This document shows positions 13,393-26,455 of a stretch of 64,000 nt of DNA, one piece after another. The position numbers and the translations under genes were made by a program. Within the stretch, counting starts at the first letter, position 1. Each line of letters begins with the position of its first letter. Source of the DNA: Octopus vulgaris (taxonomy: Eukaryota); contig OX597818.1 in assembly GCA_951406725.2 (NCBI GenBank), positions 70,928,001 through 70,992,000 of the forward strand, written 5' to 3'. Below the pieces are notes generated by a model. That model worked only from the letters and a program-made list of their open reading frames with translations, was not told where the DNA came from and made no database searches.

Positions 13393-16300
13393 CTATAAAA
13401 TTATTTCATTCTTACCCACCCACCCTTGTAGTGTCTTATTTTTTCTTAATACCAGACTTGTTCACACTATCATTCTCTAAGTTCTTTCACTTATAGAAAA
13501 TAATGAAGGTAGTTGCCCAGAGATCACAATGATATAAAATCTCATACATGAAAATCAGGTGAAAATCAGTGGCAGGAAAAGCATCTCCTGCCTCAAAATC
13601 AATTCTCTTCCAAGCCATGTCTTCATGGAAATAGCCTTAAATGAACACACACACACACATTTTACTTTACTTTTTCCTTCTGTATTGTAGAGTTGTCTTA
13701 TCGATGTGTTGGGCAAATTATTCAAATTAATTAAAACAACACTTCAAAGTAATATAAACAGCAGTCCATGTGTTGATATGAAAGAGTGAGACTACAAAGT
13801 TGGATCAGGTTTTAAAATGTCATCATTGATAGAAGCAACGTTTTATGTAGAAGCATGAATGCAAGTTCATTTTAAATGCCACACAATTTTGCTTTTGTGA
13901 AAATGAAAGAGAATAAGCCTCTTTTTTGCAGGAACTGGCAGAAATGAGTTGCTACTTTGGGTATCCATTCAGCGAAGAACTTTCAGCTAAGAATGTGCTT
14001 CATATGCAGCTTGCCGAATGAAGGGTTTTCTTCAAAATTGGCATCGTCCATGCAGAGAAACAAAAGCTGTGTAGCTTGTGAGAGCTGATGATAAAGCTGC
14101 AAGTGGCTTGTGATTAGTAAGGCTGTTAGTTCTTCATATACCATGGCTGAATGCATGTCATTTCTATCCTGGCAATGTAGCTGCCTGCTACAAAACTAGT
14201 CTACAGAAAAGTTGTAAGCGAGCTGCATAGCTGAGAATAATCAGTTGCATCATTGGCAGAAGTAAGCTGCCTGGCTGGTGTTTACCGATTGACTTGTGGC
14301 TTCCACTTACCATTACAACTTAATTAGCTGATGCATAATGAGAAGCAAAATTACAGCAGTCTGTGATGGTCAGTGAATTGAGCTGTGTAATTTTGTTTGC
14401 AGATATGTGAGCTACGACAGCAAAGGACAAACAAGCTGGAGTCAAACTGTTGGTGAAACTGTCATTATGAGGTGATGGTTAAAAACCCAGAAGAGAAGTT
14501 GGAGCAATTAGAAAAAATCTTGCTCAAATGTGATCAGTTACTAAATGCAAGAGCCATCAAGGCATGGTTCTGTAGAGAGAGGCCCTAAAATAAGAACCAG
14601 TGATGTTCTGTAAGGTGAGGGGTTCTAAAAGGCAAAAGTATGTATTATTTTAATAGCATTTTTTTTTCTCTAGTTTCAGCTCAGAGCTGTGGCCATGCTG
14701 ATGCACCGCCGTTGAAACATTAGAATAGTTCATTATTTGGAGAAGTAGATGATTTCTGGTATAATTTTGACTTGTATTAGAAACAGTAAAACCAAATATT
14801 CAGTCGTGAATATCAATGGTTTTTAATGTAGGGATTGCAACCATTATCAGCAAATTATTATCAGTCATAAGAAGATAACAGTTTTAGCAGCAAACTTTTT
14901 CAAAAGGAATATCAGCAGTGAATTTTGTCATTGCCAAGCTAGCAATTCACTGGTACGGTACTGCCGATGATTCTGATGTTACTGAAGAGACATATTGCTG
15001 ATTGGCTCTCAAATAATCAAATCTGCAGGTGTGAGTTTATGTCATTGGGACTGATTGCAAATAGTTTTCCCTCTGTCACTGGAGATTTGCTATGAGCAAA
15101 CTTTGATACCTGAGATTGTCCCAGCAAGTAGTTGACAAAAAGCTCTAGCAATGAGGACAGAGCAGATAATGTAGGTTGCAATGGATCTGGTCTTCAGTGC
15201 CAACTGAGGAATGTAACTTGTCAGTGTGTGTGTGTGTGTGTGTGCGTGCGTGCCATGTATGGTAGAGCCTCACATGTTGATACTGTGAGTTGACATCTTC
15301 AATCATCCAAAAATATATAAGCAATAAGTAGACAAAAACGTCTAAAAAAATAAAAGCAATGGAAATAATTCCAACACCTTTGATTGTAATATTTCATGAA
15401 AATCGATAGTTTTCAGGTGTTGTTGTTATAGTGTTGGGTCAACCCTTTTCAGTAGACCTCTGATGTAGGTGTTCTAGATATGACTATCCTATCTTTCTCA
15501 CTAGTAAAATGAATCTAGAATCACACTGTCCAGTGATTCTGTCTTTTCAAAAGTAATTGTGTATAATTTGAGGGAGATTTAGCTGCTATTTATAGCAGGT
15601 CGAGCAGCTACATAAAAGCTCCCTCATTCGGCCATGCTTGACAACCAAACTAACTGTTCAGCACTTTACAATGGATGATATTAAATTGTTATTAATTGAT
15701 GATCTGAAAAATTGCATGATGGGTCCTCAATTTCAATTGCATCTTACAGTGGTACACTAATAGAATCGTTGTTGCTATTGCTACTGCTGCTGCTGTTGTT
15801 ATTGTTATTGAACTAAAACCAATAAGGCATTTAATAACAACCCTTTATATTCTGAATTCAAATCCTTCCATGACCAACCTCACTTTCCATCGCCTCAGTT
15901 TCTATGAACTAAAGTTCCAGTTAAATTCTGGAGTTGACTAAATTAACTGAACCATCCATTTCCAATTTGCCACTTCCTGTCCAACCATACCAGCAAGGAA
16001 AATGGACATTAATTGATGTTGATGATGACGACGATCTAATTTTGTGGTGTCACTACTAGAAAGGAATAATGACAGGTTTTAGTCACAAAGGGTGAAGATG
16101 AAAGCCGTTGCCATACAACTCTTGGTGACAGAGGGAAAAGATGAATGCCACAACTTTTGTATGTATGCGGTTGGCTAACCAGCAATAAACAGCAACTAAA
16201 TCTCCCTCAAATAACCTCCTAACATCTTAGATAAGGAAAGGACATATTAATAATGCTGCCATAGACTTTTCTCCAAAAGCGATGGGGTGGTCACAACTGG

Positions 16301-16597
16301 AAATATCTTCACACAGCTAAAACAATAACAACAACTCTAGTTACTGAGGGACCATCCACATGGTCTCTCAGCTTGTGAGAAAGAGCAGCCAAATCTCTTT
16401 GAAATTACAAGTTTAAAAATATAAATGACACATTAGATAATTCCTCAACATTTCTGAAATATGGGATGGTCATGGTTAGACTGTCTGGTTAGCTTGATCT
16501 AGTCAAATATTTTAATGATTACATTAAAATATCAATCGGGAATGTATCTAACATTGGATAAATTCTTGTCTTAAGCTTCTGCAGAATCTATTTATAA

Positions 16598-16627
16598 CTG
16601 TTGTTGTTGTTACTGCTGCTGCTGCTG

Positions 16628-16659
<32 letters not shown>

Positions 16660-16674
16660 GGTGGTGGTGGTGGT
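16598..16674. repeat. Compound trinucleotide microsatellite (GTT/GCT/GGT)
   Basis: Direct reading. Confidence 0.9.
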
Positions 16675-16924
16675 AGTTAGGTCCCTATTAGTTCTGATCA
16701 AACTGAAAATTAAGATCAAAAATATTTCACTGGTGGACGGTGCCACCTAGGTCTCTGGCAACTGCAAAGCCAACTCCAGGGCTGCCGGGTTTGTGGCTGA
16801 GCCACAGGTCCAGTGGTCACTCATCCACAGACATAGGATAGAAGTACATCACACAGATGACAGCCCGACCGTCGATGGGATACCCGAGCAATTTCGAGTG
16901 GAGTGGGGTTTAGGTTGGTTGCAT

Positions 16925-17080
16925 TGGCCCCAGTGCTCAACTAATACTTATTTTATCAACCCTGAAAAGATGAAAATTAAAGTCAACCTCAACGGAATTT
17001 GAACTCAAAACCTGAAGGCAGACAGAATGCCATGAAGCATTTTGCCTGGCATGCTAACGACTCTGCCAATCTGCTGCCTT
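16925..17080 (-). mobile_element. tRNA-derived SINE (family A), degenerate
   Basis: Reverse complement of the gagttcaaattccgccgaggtcaactttgcctttcatc core seen at 42676 and 47497. Confidence 0.7.
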
Positions 17081-17387
17081 TGCCATTACCTAATACTACA
17101 ACTTCCATTTACCATATCTTTCCCAAGCTACTAGGGTGAGTTGGGTGGAGTGGAGGAAGAGTCGACTGTTATTTCAAGCAAGTCAAGCAACTACCTAGAA
17201 GCAACTCCTTGAGATATCAGGTTCTAGAGTTGGTGCATCTAGCAACCGAATTTATTCTCAGTTCTTCTCCCTTTGTTTAAGACAACATGATAATCTTTGT
17301 TACTGCTTATCTCTCTCATTACTTCTTATCCCTTATCTATTACACGTTATTTTTTGCTGTTTGTCTCTCATTATTTTTAATTGCAAA

Positions 17388-17388
17388 G

Positions 17389-17444
<56 letters not shown>

Positions 17445-17500
17445 GGTGGTGGTGGTGGTGGTGGTGCTCCTGCTGCTGCTGCTGCTGCTGTTGCTGCTGT
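17388..17500. repeat. Compound (GTT)n(GGT)n(GCT)n microsatellite
   Basis: Direct reading. It explains the poly-L/V/G ORFs here. Confidence 0.95.
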
Positions 17501-17721
17501 AAGTTGTAGACTAAGTGCTGGGAAAATACCTAGTGGTTTTTAATTTTCTCATGTTCTGAGCTCCTACCCTACCAAGGCCCTTCTGATGGTTACACGGTGA
17601 ACTTAGCACTATCATCTATGCTCCTCTCCCCAATAGCTCATGGACAATTGCAAGTGTAAGAAATCATTTCAATTTAAAATTAAAAGGTATTATTATCATT
17701 ATTAATTATCATCATTATCAT

Positions 17722-18272
17722 TGAGTGAGAGAGCAGTGCATGCTATCAAAGTGACACCGAGGTACAAATATACAAAGCCCAGTATACCCATCATGGCTAC
17801 CCATCTGATAAGGGTACACCAAGCACATACATCACAACCACATGTGCACAACATGGTGATCTCGTATGAAGATAAACACTGCATGACCTTACAGGTGGGG
17901 GCCCAGTTAGAATTTTCTTTAGGTTGAGTAGACCATCCCACTTGGAGGTCCCTGAATAAGATTTATTTAAGGATGTTGAACAAAGCACCCATGTTTCTAG
18001 AGGTGAATTATTCAAACCCCAAAGAATAACTCTCAACACATGATTATGATACCTCTCAACTACTGCTCCTGATCAGAGATGCACATATCATCAACCATTA
18101 AGGGATATGCTCAACTAGTTAAGGTTTAGCAGCTGATAAGCAAATCTGTGGTATTGAGCAGAATATATGATGTAGCCCATCTTTTACACCCAGATAAAAT
18201 GTGCACATGATAGCTCTTCCAATCAGTTAAGATCAGGAGCCATGAGAGTTACTGTTTGGTATTACATCAGGA
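17722..18272. mobile_element. Non-coding interspersed repeat embedded in (TTA/TCA)n simple repeat
   Basis: A ~550-bp higher-complexity block bounded by tattattatcattatt... (17689-17721) and cattatta (18273-18280), with no credible ORF. Confidence 0.5.
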
Positions 18273-18286
18273 CATTATTACAATTA

Positions 18287-19397
18287 CACAACCCAACAGG
18301 TATTTTGTTGTCAGGATGTTTTAGAAGGTTTTTTGGTATGCTAAATCCAAAAATGGAATCCATTTTTTACCATCATGTCTAGATTTCAAGATGTCCCCAA
18401 TCCCATCCATCAGTGGATGATATACATGGGCTTTAAGATGGTGGATTTTCTCCTTGGGTAACAAAGTGAATACATCAAATATCCATGCTTTTTAGGTGCA
18501 CAGGATAATTGAGCCAGAGAAAACCATTGGGTGATCCAAGAATGGCCACAGCAAAAAATTAGTTCCAGAGTTTTTGAATGTAGTTGAAGAGCTTTTAGTT
18601 CAATCAGGAAAAATCATCCTACCTCCACCCCATATCAAACTTGGCATTATAAACCAGTTTGTTAAAGTTCTTGATAAAGGTGGACCATGTTTTCAATATA
18701 TCTGTTGTACATGTTCCTGTATGAGGAAAGAAAAGATAAAAGCTGGAGTATTTGATGGGCCTCAAATCAGGAGATTGATGAAAGACAAGAACTTTGTAAA
18801 TTCAATGAATTGCATTGAAGCAGCAGCATAGAATTCATTTGTAATAGTCAAAACTGGCTCGCTGGGTTAACAAGAATGTTGCTAACTATGCCAGGCTGCA
18901 GAACTTTCAAAGGTTGGGAACCAATATGTGCAGTACACAATTTTGGTGCAGAGAACTACAATTGACGAGCAGGGCGAACGGTTTCAACAGGGCATAAAAA
19001 TCAATGGCAGATGGGACTTGCATATGATGGTGGCGATTGCTGGAACTTGGCTTTTAATCTTCCTGAGGTTCAGTATTCAAGAAAACCAGACAAATGTGAA
19101 TTTATGGGAAAGGCATAAACAATGATGTAATCTGTCTGTGGGAATTTTAAGATGTTTACTAGTTTTTCCAGAAGAATTTTCAGAAAACTAATTTCTATGT
19201 ATATTTGTATGTTATACCTTATTCCTCATAAGCTGTTTTATTAAAAAAAAAAATGCAATGCAGTTCAATGGATTCAGTATCTTAGAATCTTGATGTGATG
19301 GTAATAAATGGATTTCATTTCCAAATTGTGTGTCAAAAAATCCTTGTTCTGGTGCAAGCTTTTTTACAGCAGAGAAAAAAAAAATCATTGGCCAGTG
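18287..19397 (+). mobile_element. Internally deleted Chapaev3-like (CMC/CACTA group) DNA transposon
   Basis: Transposase motifs ILPPPHIKLGIINQFVKVLDK, EKIKAGVFDGPQIRRLMKD and DEQGERFQQGI..GRWD. Subterminal inverted repeats 18332-18386 vs 19284-19340. Ends are CAC...CCAGTG. Confidence 0.75.
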
Positions 19398-19407
19398 TTG
19401 TTGTCAA

Positions 19408-19590
19408 GGTGGCAGTTGGCAAAATTGGCAGAGAACCAGACAAAATCTCTTGTTGTGGTATTTTTACTTGCTCTTTATATTTTGAGTTCAAATCCTGCGA
19501 AAATCAACTTTGCCTTTCATTTTTCCAGAGTTGTAAAAATAAAGTGCCAGTCATGTACTAAGGGAATTATGGTATCAATTAACCCCCCCC
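19408..19590 (+). mobile_element. tRNA-derived SINE (family A), degenerate
   Basis: ttgagttcaaatcctgcgaaaatcaactttgcctttcat core. Confidence 0.65.
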
Positions 19591-19719
19591 CCCCCATCTA
19601 CTGATTATGTGACCAAATTAAAAATTTAACTTTACTTTTCATTCTTTCAAAGTCAATAAGATAAGTGCCATCAAGTATTAGGATCAGTCTAACCAAACTG
19701 TACACATCCCCCAAAGTCT

Positions 19720-20060
19720 GGCTTTGTTCCAACTCACAGAAAAGATTGGAGTGTTTTCTTAGGTTCTACATGTTTCTCTGGTCCCACTGTTGTTATTTTG
19801 TAATTGTTCTCTATTTGCACACCTCATGCCCCCTTATGTATTCGCTGGGTATATTCTACTTACATCAACTTTGGGGTGGTGGCTTCACAAGGCTCTAAAT
19901 AGTTTTCTTGTTTTTCTGTTGAAGCTACTGTGTTTAGGTATATTATTTGTAGCATTAAGTTCATCTTTCTCGTTTCTTTTTGATGTCCACTTATTTTTTT
20001 CCGTGGATAAAAAAGTTGGATGGGTTTCCTTGAACACATCATCTGCCCACTTGCTGAAGT
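19720..20060 (-). mobile_element. Old R4/Dong-like retrotransposon fragment
   Basis: The minus strand reads NRKTRKLF...HHPKVDVSRIY...GG, matching the DRKTRK...HPKSD.ERLY...GGRGL post-RT motif seen at 60.8 kb. Confidence 0.55.
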
Positions 20061-21277
20061 CATTCATTGCTTCTGTCATGTTTTAAGAACAGCTTTCTGC
20101 CTATGTCTTTCCTCTTCTGCCTATGTCTCCTTAGGTCTTCCTCTTCTGCAAATTACTTCCTCTTGCATCTCTTGCTATTTCTTTACCAAATGTCATCTAC
20201 CATGCCTTCTCTCTTGCATACTACACCTAATCTCTCTCATAGCTACTTCTTAGTTCATTTGTTCTCCATCATTTCATACACACAGAATACTACATTTCTG
20301 ATAGATTATGACACTTTACACAGCTTCTCTCCAGCTTTTGTTAATCATGTCATTTTTTTAAACATTTAGTCTGACTTTTTTTATAGAACTTTCTTCTAAT
20401 TTTCTCCATTTCTGTTTGTTATATCTCATCAATTACTCTGTTTCTAGTCTAATTCTCTAGTTCAAAGCCTGTGTTTAATTTAAAGCTTTGTTTCAATTTG
20501 CGTGCCTCTTTTTATAGTTTTTATACACTTGTCTAATCCAATAATTATTCTTTTTAAGCATCGGCTGAATTCAGGAAAAACGTCTGTTAGGTTTTCCAAA
20601 TAAGTATTATCTCTTGTAAGGTGCTTTTTTTTAAGTCACACACACCAAGGTGATGGTTTATAGTTTGTCAACAGGATTTAAAGCCATTGGTGGTGTCATT
20701 CAGTGGATTTGTTAATGGGTCCAGTACAAAGACAGATGAGAAGAGGGAACAAAGAATCTCTCTGGAAGATTCTGGTATTCTCTCTTTTTGTTTTTTTGAT
20801 GGGGGTGCACATGCATGCATATATATTGGAGTGTATTTAATTATCTTTTCTTATGTTGTTATTATTGTAGAATCATTGAAACGTTAGATAAAATGTCTTG
20901 CAATATTTAGTTATGTCTTTTCCCTTCTGACATAAGACATTGACTTTGACTTTCAGCCTCTTTCAGACTTTTATTTACCTAGTTTAGAACTAGGGATTGA
21001 TATAACTGTCTCCTTCCAAAATTTTTAGCCTACTGCCTTTGTTAGAAACCATCCTTAGCATCAGCTTCTTCGTCTTCTTTGTGTGAGTTGTTCCCAATAC
21101 ACCATCAGGTGCTTCTCATCGTATTGCTGAGACATTTGTATATTAGTTTTGCTCCATTGTGAGTTTGGCTTGTTGTTTCCGGTATTGTTTTAGTGTTTTA
21201 TTTGTTTCAAAGACTATAAAAGACAGTTTGAATTATGTTTTAAATGTGTTGTGTAATTGGCATTGAGTCAGGTTTTA

Positions 21278-21310
<33 letters not shown>

Positions 21311-22049
21311 CAGTGTGTCTGTGTGAAGTATGATCTGTGTAGCATTTATGTAGAAAGGGGTTTGTTTAAGTTGTAGGGGTCATAGTAGTGTCAGCTATTG
21401 GTGATGATGAGAATGTTTTGTGTTATTTTATTGGATGGCTATCATAAACAGGGAGTGTTGAATGCAAAGGTGGTTCTGTTTGAGCTGTGCAACTGAAATG
21501 AAAGAGTCTTGCCTATGATGCGAGCTGTATCTTGTAAAGCGATGTCTGAGGGTCTGTGACTAATGTTGTGAACCTTACAACAGTTTTGTATGTTTTTGTT
21601 CATAACTTTTTTTTAATCATACTTAGTAATTCCAAGAATTTTTGCTTTCATTGTCAAGATTTTGTTTATTGTTGTTGCTGTTGTAGTTATATTTTGGTTC
21701 TGTTGTTAAAGCGGTAAACGAAGTGGCAATATTTATTCCGGTTCTTTACACCTGAATTTGAATCACACCTGCATCATTTTAACCTTTCATCCCTCTGAAA
21801 TTAATAAACTAAAACACCAGTCTCTTTGGCAGACCCAATTCCCTGACATTGCTAGCTTTGTTCTAATATTAGGACAAGCTTAGCTGTGTAGTTTAGAAGT
21901 TCACTTTGCAATCAAGTGGTTTTGGGATCAATCCCCCTGTGAACTACCATAAGCAAGTATCTTCTATTGTAGCCATGACCAACAGCTTGTGAGTGAATCT
22001 GGGAGATGAAGACTGTAGGAAGCGCATTAAATTTATATATTTTTTATTT

Positions 22050-22285
22050 CTTTATTTGCCCACAAGGGGCTAAACATAGAGGGGACAAACAAGGACAGAC
22101 AAAGAGATTAAGTCGATTACATTGACTCCAGTGTGTAAGTGGTACTTATTTAATTGACCTTGAATAGATGAGAGGCAAAGTTGATCTCGGCAGAATTTGA
22201 ACTCAGAATATAACGGCAGACGGGCAGACGAAATACCGCTTGGCATTTCGCCCAGCGTGCTAATGGTTCTGCCAGCTCACCACCC
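22050..22285 (-). mobile_element. tRNA-derived SINE (family A)
   Basis: Reverse complement of the 47497-47690 copy, including the ccctttgtctgtccttgtttgtcccctctatgtttagc 3' part. Confidence 0.8.
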
Positions 22286-22649
22286 TAGTATTAAATGCAT
22301 ATTTTGGTCAATTTTCCATAAGTCAGAAAAAAAGCACTCTAAAAGAAATTTTGAGCAGTCAGGATATCCTTGGTTATGGCTGCTTTACTGATGCGGGTAA
22401 ATATACAGTCTCGGGCAGTTTGGAGGCGAAAAAACCAGCCAGACCAAGACTGTAAAAAGCTGTGTGCTTGTGGCCAGCATGTCTTCTGAATCATCTCTAT
22501 TGCCAAGTGCAATGATAAATGCAAAATCAATGGTAACTTTCTGACTGGTTATATGCCATAACCCCATAACAAATAATATATTACATGACTACACAAAGTA
22601 TGTATATATATACACACACATACGCATACACGCACATGCATACGCACAC

Positions 22650-22808
<159 letters not shown>

Positions 22809-23171
22809 AATTTTTTCATATACACTTTTTGTTATTTATTTACTTAGCAACAGATTCCAGTTATTTCTGACTTGTTGCATGACCTTATTCTTTACATGTA
22901 AACAGCCAGTAATTATTTATTCCTTCCAATAATTTGTCTCTTCTTATTTATCTTCTCTTAACTTTCACTCTCTCCCAGACACTCCTTTTTTTTCCGATAT
23001 CAATAAATCTTTATTTGTTGCTCTTTGCAAATGGCACTCTTGGCACTGTGGTTAATAAAACCACTTTGCAAGTATGTGGTTCTGGGCTTATTCATGTTGC
23101 ACAGGACCCAGAACAGTTATTTTTTTACACAAGCTTCTCACTGATATGGATGGAAATTACACAGAATGGTA

Positions 23172-23530
23172 TAGGCACGGCATGGCCATCTGGTAAGAAG
23201 TTTGCTTCCAGGTTCAGTCCCACTACAAGGCACTACAGGCAAATGTCGTCTGCTATAGCTTCAGACCTACCAAAGCCTTGTGAATGGATTTGGTAGACAG
23301 AAACTGAAAGAAGCCCGTTGTGTGTGTGTGTGTGTGTTTGTGTTTGTCCCCCACTATAATTTGATAACCAGCGTTGGTGTGTTTACATCCCAAAAACTTA
23401 GCAGTTCAGCAAAAGGAATGACAGAGTAAGAAATAGACATAAAAAAAATATTGGAGTTGATTCATTCAACTAAAGTTGGTGCCCCAGCATGGCCACAGTC
23501 TAATGAATAAAACAAGAAAAGGATAAAAGA
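23172..23530 (+). mobile_element. tRNA-derived SINE (family B) with internal (TG)n
   Basis: Box A/B-like head (tggccatctggtaag...ggttcagtcccac) and tail ccagcatggccacagtc...aaacaagaaaag. Related partial copies lie at 21880-22030 (+) and 49020-49240 (-). Confidence 0.7.
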
Positions 23531-23585
23531 ATACAATAATACTTGCTCAGGGCAGAAGATTTAATCCATTGCTAGCTTTGGCACC

Positions 23586-23900
23586 ATCATCATCATCATC
23601 ATCATCATCATCATTTAATGTCCATTGTCCATACTGGCATGGGTTGGGTGGCTTGACTGAGGACTGGCAAGCCAGGAGGCTGCACCAGACTCCAGTCTGA
23701 TTTGGCATAGTTTTCTATGGCTGGATGTCATTCCTAACACCAACCACTCCAAGAGTGTAATGGGTGCTTTTACATGCCACTGGCATGGATGTCATTTGTG
23801 TGACACTGGGGTACATTTGTGTACCACTAGCACAAGGTACAGGTTCCAATTTGCATGACACCAGTATCTGCCACAGCTGTAATTTTGCTCGGCCTGGTGG
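23586..23900 (-). mobile_element. RTE-LINE 3' terminal fragment
   Basis: (CAT)n plus ttaatgtccattgtccatactggcatgggttgg... Confidence 0.8.
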
Positions 23901-25017
23901 GTCCTTAAATTATACAAGTAGAATCTATTTTGTTGCAAGCTTTCAGAGCAGGTTTTGCCTCTGCAAAACCGTCTCTGAAAGCAAGTCTGATGGGCCATTT
24001 CCTACTGCAATCAATGAGTTTTCCCTCCATTTCCGTCACTAATCTCACAGACCCATCCTCATCTAGGCCATAAAAGGATTTATTTATCATTATTTGTCTG
24101 ATAAACTTCATTGTTAGATTATTTTTTTTCTTAATGTCTATAATCTCCATCACTTTGCTCCTTATTTGTTTGTTAATATCTCATATCATTTATCTGATAG
24201 TGTTTGTTCATTGTCAGTCAATATCCCATTATCATTTATCTGATAACACTTGTCCATTACTTTCATCTTCTTAGGGCTTGAATGTAAAATTCTGAGCACT
24301 ATCAACTTGTAATACGTTTTCATTGAGGTAAACATTGATTTCTGTGCAACAAAATCAAACACTATAAACAAGTAGACATTCAAATCAAAGGAGGTTGAAA
24401 ATAATTATCTGCAATAAATATGAGCAGCCAGTAAAAAAGATAGAAATACTTTCTCCACTTTCCTAAACTTTTAAGAATTCTTTGTTTCTTGCTTTTGTTG
24501 TATTTTTGCCACACTATTTTTCAACTGGTTTGTTTAAGTTCCTGCTCAGCTCAGATTAAGCAGACCATTCTAAAGTGTGACCATCTCGTCCTTTTTTACC
24601 CACTAAGCATAGCATAGTGTAGCTAGGACTACATTATTTAATATTCACTGTCATTTCTTTTCCAAATCAAAAGGTTGTGATCTGAAGACATCCAACCAAG
24701 TATTTACATTGAATGTTGCTCTTTCTTATTGAATTATATATAAATTATAGAATTTACTACAAACAATTATAATATTATATACATTACATATTATAGAATG
24801 CCCTAAACATAATATAATTTACTTACGATAAATTTTAAATGACAAAAATGAGCTGAATCATTTTCTACTTCATTTTTCCTAAAAAAAAAAATGATAGACA
24901 TTAGGAAAGACACTACTGCAAAAATAAAGAGAAATAAGCAGACAAACAGGCAGATATATACACTTCCAGACACAAAAACACATGTATACGTATGAATGTA
25001 ATATATGCATGTATGTC

Positions 25018-25625
25018 ATTATTCAGTTTTATTTCAAGACTTTTTGTCTATAGAGAAAGAGCCAGTTTCTAACCTAGACCCAAGGCTCCTTCATAGGGAT
25101 TCCAACATCAACAACAGGGTATTTTTGTTTGTTTGTTTGTATGTATGTAAGTATGTATGTATGTGCAGAATTTGTATGTTTTATTTATGTATTCTCATGC
25201 ACATAGTTGTGTATCTAGATATGCTCATATATATTTAAATGATAAACTTCTGGTAAGTTTTACAGATTTTTACAGTTCCAGTGATGGATTGGATCTGTCT
25301 TAGCTTTCTCCTTTCTATTTTTGAGAAGCCTAATTTCTCAAGATTGGTATTTAGGCAGTGTGTTACATATCCCAAGGCCCTAGTAATTACAGGTATAAAC
25401 CTGAACTTGTAATCTAGATAGAATAACTGCAGGTTTCTCAATAATTCAGCATTGATGTTCTCTTTTTCACTGATCTTCAGCTTTATGCTAACATCTGCTG
25501 GGCAGCTAATTTCCACAACTGTGCACAGTTTCTCTTCTCTGTCCCAAATCCTTATATCAGGTCTGTTGTGCTTACATTTTACTGAAGTCTTCACTGGAAC
25601 ATTCCACCAGTATTCCTTTTTATTA
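25018..25625 (-). mobile_element. REL-endonuclease non-LTR retrotransposon 3' fragment (R4/Dong-like), copy 1
   Basis: Minus-strand peptide WWNVPVKTSVKCKHNRPDIRIWDREEKLCTVVEISCPAD...KISEKEN...FIPVI..LG (PD-(D/E)xK-type REL). The 3'UTR ends aataaaactgaataatgacatac. Confidence 0.85.
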
Positions 25626-25665
25626 TGAGTGGCTATGGCTTCTATGCCTGTCTGTCTGTTTGTCT

Positions 25666-25713
25666 GTATGTATGTATGCATGTATGCATGCATGCTTGTA
25701 TGTACGTACATAC

Positions 25714-25744
<31 letters not shown>

Positions 25745-25822
25745 TGTATGTATGTATGTATGTATGTATGTATGTATGTATGTATGTATGTATGCATGTA
25801 TGTATGTATGTATGCATGTATG
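25666..25822. repeat. (TATG)n microsatellite
   Basis: Direct reading. It separates the two REL fragments. Confidence 0.95.
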
Positions 25823-25855
25823 TAGCTAATGTGTGTATCTAATGTATGTACATAT

Positions 25856-26455
25856 GACATTATTAAGTTTTATTTCATGAAGATTTTTTACTAATAGAGA
25901 AAGTGTTGGTTTCTAACATACACCCGAGGCTCCTTCATTGAAATTTCAACATCAACACAGTATTTTTGCATGTATGTGTGTATATGTGCAGTATTTGGAG
26001 TCAGTGCATATACAAATTTGTATGCTTTGTTTTATGTATGCATTATCATGCATATAGTTGCATATCTAGATGTGCACACATATACTTAAATAATAAACTT
26101 CAAGAAAGCTTTACAGATATTTACAGTTCCAGTGATGGCTTGGATCTATTTTCTTCAAATCAGCTTTCTCCTTTCTAATTTCTCAAGATTGGTACTTAGG
26201 CAGTGTTTTACATATCCCACTGCCCCAATAATTACAGGTATAAACCTGAACTTGTAATTTGGGTTGAATAACTGTAGTTTTCCTAATAGTTCAACATAGA
26301 TATTTTCTTTTCCTCTAATCTTTAGCTTTATGTTAGCATCTGCTGAGCAACAAATTTCCACCAGTTTCTCCTTTCTGTCCCAAATCATTATGTCAGGTGT
26401 GTTATGCTTACATTTTATTGAGGTTTTTCAGTGAGACGTTCCAGTATTCTTTCTT
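25856..26455 (-). mobile_element. REL-endonuclease non-LTR retrotransposon 3' fragment, copy 2
   Basis: IWDRKEKLVEICCSADANIKLKIRGKENIYVELL...FRFIPVIIGAVGYV; a diverged paralogue of copy 1 with the same 3'UTR. Confidence 0.85.

Noticed and set aside
13930-14620. Acceptor-like sites (ttttttgcag 13931, tttgtttgcag 14402) and a GTGAG donor suggesting exons
   Set aside because: The frames contain stops and have no similarity to the Ig gene. UTR exons cannot be excluded but are unsupported.
17287-17543. Hydrophobic poly-L/V 'membrane protein' ORFs
   Set aside because: Compound trinucleotide microsatellite.
21050-21620. Possible Penelope GIY-YIG remnant on the minus strand (IIGKTL.. resembling NIGK.FL)
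   Set aside because: Too decayed to support without a profile search.
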